A DNA stretch of 64,000 bases, taken from a virus (Duplodnaviria; Caudoviricetes). Positions within the stretch are counted from its first letter, which is position 1. Each line of letters begins with the position of its first letter. The notes beneath the pieces were generated by a model that saw only the letters and a program-made list of their open reading frames with translations, was not told the origin of the DNA and ran no database searches. The DNA lies in IMG/VR virus record IMGVR_UViG_3300031760_000045, positions 5,151 to 69,150 of that record. The stretch is one strand, 5' to 3'. A program made the translations under genes and the position numbers. Shown piece by piece: positions 60,494 through 64,000 of the stretch.

Positions 60494-60564
60494 TCGGAGC
60501 TGAGAGAATCGAACTCCCACTAGCTGGATATAAGCCAGGTGCGCTACCGTTACACCAAGCTCCG
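60494..60564 (-). tRNA. tRNA-Ile (anticodon UAU)
   Basis: CGGAGCT TG GTGT AACGGTA GCGC A CCTGG CT TAT AT CCAGC TAGT GGGAG TTCGATT CTCTC AGCTCCG A: complete 71-nt cloverleaf, A73, no encoded CCA. Confidence 0.88.
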
Positions 60565-60918
60565 GCAAAAATGTCACAGCGCGAGAACTTAAGTTTTTTG
60601 CAAAAGGGCCTCGAATAAAAAAATTATTTTTCGGTTGGATTAAGAGAGACGCTGTGACGCAGGTGCACGCTTTATAACCGATGAACAATTATAAAAAACT
60701 CTTTTTATGAATTTAATGCCGCTTCAAGTGGCCAGCTTGAAATGAATGCTTAGGCGCAACGGCGCGATGGACTGTATTGGCTCTCACAGGAGCCCTTAAT
60801 ACAGTCCAATATGGATCGGTGCACTACTCCGATCCAGTTAAAGAGAAACAAATAGGAGAGCGTTCCAACCTTTCAAAAGTTTCTCTTTAAGGCAATTTAA
60901 TTGGGTCAAATATAATTT

Positions 60919-61088
60919 AGCGAAGAAACTTAGTTACGAAGTAACTATTACTGACTGAGGCCGCCTCGACGACGTCGAACGGCTTGTCGGTTCGACGTCG
61001 TCGACGGCTGCATCAGTCAGATAGATATACCTTTACGGTTCTTCTAATCACATCAAAAGAGTTAGTTAAAACTTTTCTTTCTTACGCT
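60919..61088 (-). ncRNA. Retron-like msr-msd cassette B (overlaps the RT stop codon)
   Basis: Inverted repeat AGCG(U)AAGAAA/UUUCUUCGCU, G at 61077, conserved stem-loops, 70-nt hairpin. Confidence 0.78.
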
Positions 61089-62230
61089 ATTTTACCATTC
61101 AGATAATCTTTCAGCATGGATTTTACGTTTACCTGCCACTTCTTGTTCTGCTGAGCGATTAAATTCTCAAAGTAGTCTTTCTCCACCATCGTGTAGTAAG
61201 ACAGAAGTCCACGCAGGTGATACACGTCATCCATATCCCAATACTTCTTATTCTTTGTATCGAGAATAAAGGAACACAGAGCTCCCCTGAAATTCTTCTT
61301 GTTTCTATACCCTACCGTAATATCATAGTTTCCGTTACACATCAGACCAAGGTTCCAGTTGTTTCCCTTAACGGAACCAAACCTAGTCTTTTCATCCTTC
61401 AGAGTGTAAGGAGCATCGAATTCTTTCAGCACATCTCTGATCAATGCAACCACGTTCATCCACGGAAACTTTTCCTGAGCGGAAACTATAATGTCATCCG
61501 CGTAACGGGTGTAAATCATGTGGCGAGAACTGAGCTCATTGAAGATTCTGAAATCAACGGGAATCATGATCCAGTTGGTCAGAAAAGGCGACAGCGGAGA
61601 CCCTTGCGGCATTTCCCCGTTGGCCTTGTAATTGAGCGAAATTGCCTTCCGAAGCTCTTTGAATCCAGTTGGATCTTTGCAAACTTCGCTCGTAGGAAAT
61701 ACCATGCTGAGCATCTTCATTACAAAGTCCAGATTCGTATGCGGAAAGAAGCCACTGAAGTCCGTCTTCAGATACCAATTGGACTTATTTCCTACGTGTT
61801 TCTTGTTATTATCCACGATACTTCTGCCCTCGATATACGCAAAGGCGGAAGTATGATACAACAGACCGCAGTTATCACGAAGAAAACTGGTGAGCCGATA
61901 CAGTTCAGACTTCAGAGGTTCCAGCGGTTCATCAATGGGACGGAATCCACCAGTAGATTTGGGGATCTTAAAAGAGTTGAATAACTCATTTCTATCCATT
62001 TCAAACAGTCTTTTGTTATCCTCATTGAACTTCTTCAGCCATGAAATCATTCCGGCAACATCGACTTTGGACAATATGTTCTTATCGATATGTTCAAACC
62101 GCCGGGTAATCGTTGCAGTCGAGTTTGAATTCTCAAGCGTGTAATCGCTTAAGACGATATTATCAGCAATCACATCTTCCCACGTTAACTGCCGTGGTTT
62201 TCTGTGCTGCCTTACTGTTACATAAATCAT
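61082..62230 (-). CDS. Retron-type reverse transcriptase
   Basis: IPK..GG.R.I..P, SAFAY..GRS, NNKKH (retron region X, NAxxH-like), DFSGFF, PQGSPLSP, YTRYADD, NLG (region Y, VTG-like); no maturase or nuclease domain. Confidence 0.9.
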   Translation of the reverse strand: MIYVTVRQHRKPRQLTWEDVIADNIVLSDYTLENSNSTATITRRFEHIDKNILSKVDVAGMISWLKKFNEDNKRLFEMDRNELFNSFKIPKSTGGFRPIDEPLEPLKSELYRLTSFLRDNCGLLYHTSAFAYIEGRSIVDNNKKHVGNKSNWYLKTDFSGFFPHTNLDFVMKMLSMVFPTSEVCKDPTGFKELRKAISLNYKANGEMPQGSPLSPFLTNWIMIPVDFRIFNELSSRHMIYTRYADDIIVSAQEKFPWMNVVALIRDVLKEFDAPYTLKDEKTRFGSVKGNNWNLGLMCNGNYDITVGYRNKKNFRGALCSFILDTKNKKYWDMDDVYHLRGLLSYYTMVEKDYFENLIAQQNKKWQVNVKSMLKDYLNGKIA

Positions 62231-62247
62231 TCATCTGATCCTTTCAT

Positions 62248-62558
62248 TTCTGTTGCTTCATAAACTAAAAGAGATGGGGCGATGTCGCTTCCAGGTTTGA
62301 GGCAGCGCCTTCCGCCGGTCTTTACAGGTTCCACGCGCTGATGTTCCACTTCTGACAGTTTGTCAACTCAGTATTTGTCTACTTTCGGGAGACTTTTATT
62401 CCTCTCCCGGTCAGATCATCATTGTTTCGACGGTGTTCTTAAAAGTTCAGGAGCTCTGGATCTCCAGCCCGCGTGAATCCATCTCCGAGCAAAATGATTC
62501 TATTAATTACATCAATAGCTCAACCAAAGGTTGTTCTTCTTTATTAATTACAACAGAA
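62248..62558 (-). ncRNA. Retron-like msr-msd cassette A (upstream of RT, overlaps the ThiF stop codon)
   Basis: Split inverted repeat (8+5 bp), G at 62539, conserved stem-loops, branched template region. Confidence 0.78.
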
Positions 62559-63228
62559 GGGTATCAAAATCGAACGGTTTCAAGATCATTGCCCGTTCAA
62601 GTTTATTTGTTTTGACAAAGTTGATGAAGTTCACAACTCCGCCCATCGCCACAGACCACACCGTCGGAATCACGCAAAGAGAAACTTTGCAGGCACTGAC
62701 AGGCACGTTCTTTTCAGCTTCGGCGTGAGAGAAGTCCATCTGATCCAGAAGGAATTCAATATCTTCATCCTTTTCCCAATCGGCGGCATAATGCTGTGCA
62801 TCCGTCAGAGCAGTACGGAAGTCAAACATCGCCTTAATGTTCATGTTATACCGATTTTCTTCCACGATCTTCCGGCGCAGGTCAATATTATCCACGCAGA
62901 GGAACACATAACCGGAAAGCTTCTGACCGTTCCATCCTTCCGGATACAGACGAATAGTCTTTGCAGCGTCCGGATTGATCTTACACCAACGGTCATACAC
63001 ACCTTCGATCTTGGGCTTATAAAGATTCTCGGTTGTGAACATCTGATTCGCAAGATTATGTTCTTCCACGATATCAAAATCATAGAGACTCACATTCGTC
63101 AGACCAAATCTCGCAAGAAGTTCCGCGACTGATGACCCGACAGAGCCACAGCCGATGATATGAATCCGATCTTCACACAAAGACGGATCAAAGAATTCAC
63201 TGCTTTTCGCCAGATTCACCAATCCCAC
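62548..63228 (-). CDS. ThiF/E1-like adenylating enzyme
   Basis: IHIIGCGSVGS nucleotide-binding loop, YDFDIVE.HNL.NQ, K.E, VFLCVDN..R, DFR. Confidence 0.88.
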   Translation of the reverse strand: MGLVNLAKSSEFFDPSLCEDRIHIIGCGSVGSSVAELLARFGLTNVSLYDFDIVEEHNLANQMFTTENLYKPKIEGVYDRWCKINPDAAKTIRLYPEGWNGQKLSGYVFLCVDNIDLRRKIVEENRYNMNIKAMFDFRTALTDAQHYAADWEKDEDIEFLLDQMDFSHAEAEKNVPVSACKVSLCVIPTVWSVAMGGVVNFINFVKTNKLERAMILKPFDFDTLLL

Positions 63229-63995
63229 TCCTTATCATAATTTATTCCGTTCCAGTAACCGGGAAGATAAACATCGTCCTCTTCTTTTTTCTTCTTCTTT
63301 TCCTGTTTCGGATAATACTTTTCCGGATAATACTGAACAATTTTCTTTGTCTGCACAAGATCTTCTGTCTCGGCAACCCACTGAGTCAGCGTCTGATCTC
63401 CGGTTTCCACTTCCAGAATCACATCTTTGCGGTCATAGAAAGTATTGGCATCCACATCATACAGATAAGTATTGATATCGCCCTTCTTATTCCAGATCTG
63501 GAAGATATAGAATCCGGACTTGCCCATGTTCTTCAGCACATCATGCTGATTAGCAAGATCCACGCCGGAAGCTACTGTGCTGAAGTTTACATGACTATGC
63601 GCCTGGAAATGCATGTGCTCAATTTCGTCATCGGACAGAGAATTAAAGAACTCCAGCGTGTCTTCATCCTCTGTGTCCACTTTTCCGCCGTTGACATACT
63701 GCTTGCAGAGTTTCACGTCATACACCCGATAGAGCTTATCCGAAAGCTTCTCTACCAGACCATACCAGCCAACTTCCGTAGAATAATGATCCACAAGGAA
63801 ATTCATCTTCAGATACGCATCCTGGCTGTACAGGATAGTAATCTTTTCTTTTGCTTCTTCACACATATCCATGGAGAATGAGAACTTGGTTTCGTTCATA
63901 TCGAACTTATACTTCTCAATCCCTTCATGGATCTTCTGAAGACATTTCTTCATCAGCTCAATTTCGGCTTCCTGTGTAAGATTTATCGGTTTCAT
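63216..63995 (-). CDS. JAB/MPN-domain metalloprotease (deubiquitinase-like)
   Basis: EVGWYG (catalytic Glu) and HSHVNFSTVASGVD (HxH-x7-S-x2-D) form an intact JAMM motif. Confidence 0.82.
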   Translation of the reverse strand: MKPINLTQEAEIELMKKCLQKIHEGIEKYKFDMNETKFSFSMDMCEEAKEKITILYSQDAYLKMNFLVDHYSTEVGWYGLVEKLSDKLYRVYDVKLCKQYVNGGKVDTEDEDTLEFFNSLSDDEIEHMHFQAHSHVNFSTVASGVDLANQHDVLKNMGKSGFYIFQIWNKKGDINTYLYDVDANTFYDRKDVILEVETGDQTLTQWVAETEDLVQTKKIVQYYPEKYYPKQEKKKKKEEDDVYLPGYWNGINYDKEWDW

Positions 63996-64000
63996 TTACT

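Noticed and set aside
61082-62230. RT as a DGR or group II intron RT
   Set aside because: It has PQGSPLSP rather than the DGR SQ motif, no template repeat or Avd is seen, there is no maturase/X or endonuclease domain, and it does not interrupt a gene. Retron region X/Y-like motifs are present.
55355-62558. CRISPR array or tandem repeat array associated with the RT
   Set aside because: The shared motifs are short, dispersed over 7 kb and not regularly spaced. No repeat-spacer periodicity was seen anywhere in the window.
1-64000. Numerous short antisense or overlapping ORFs in the six-frame track (e.g. 18730-19734, 61217-61984, 32536-32964)
   Set aside because: They are shadows of long genes on the opposite strand, with no RBS or recognisable motifs.
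1-64000. Stop-codon reassignment
   Set aside because: Long conserved genes are intact under the standard code; the only split gene is explained by an intron.

Overview
A 64-kb internal segment of a large, probably temperate, tailed phage of Firmicutes. A Clostridia-like host is inferred from strong AAAGGAGG ribosome-binding sites, SH3b lysins and a tRNA-Arg att core. Bases 1-27.3 kb (+ strand) carry a late module: tape measure C-terminus, Dit, a 2013-aa tail tip, modular fibre/baseplate-like proteins, a 2250-aa giant and a lysis cassette. A bidirectional terminator at about 27.35 kb separates this from a minus-strand early/middle region. That region encodes dNMP kinase, a tyrosine integrase with an attP made of a promoter plus the 5' half of tRNA-Arg(CCG), ThyX-like, RuvC-like, RNA ligase, RemA-like, DnaE split by a group I intron with a homing endonuclease, Cas4-like nuclease, T7-type primase-helicase, SSB, Sak-like annealase, YonO-like single-subunit RNA polymerase, tRNA-Ile(UAU), a retron-type RT, and ThiF/E1 plus JAB genes. 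Main discovery: the single retron-type RT has no obvious toxin effector but appears to have at least three dispersed retron-like ncRNA cassettes (62248-62558, 60919-61088, 55355-55538). Each starts at or across the stop codon of a different gene. Each has terminal inverted repeats, a candidate branching G, two conserved stem-loops (loop GAUGU(A/G)AUU) and a different template hairpin. The predicted DNA products share a TTGTC loop, and two of them have cGNAg DNA mini-hairpins. All calls were made by eye from sequence motifs; no database searches or folding programs were run.
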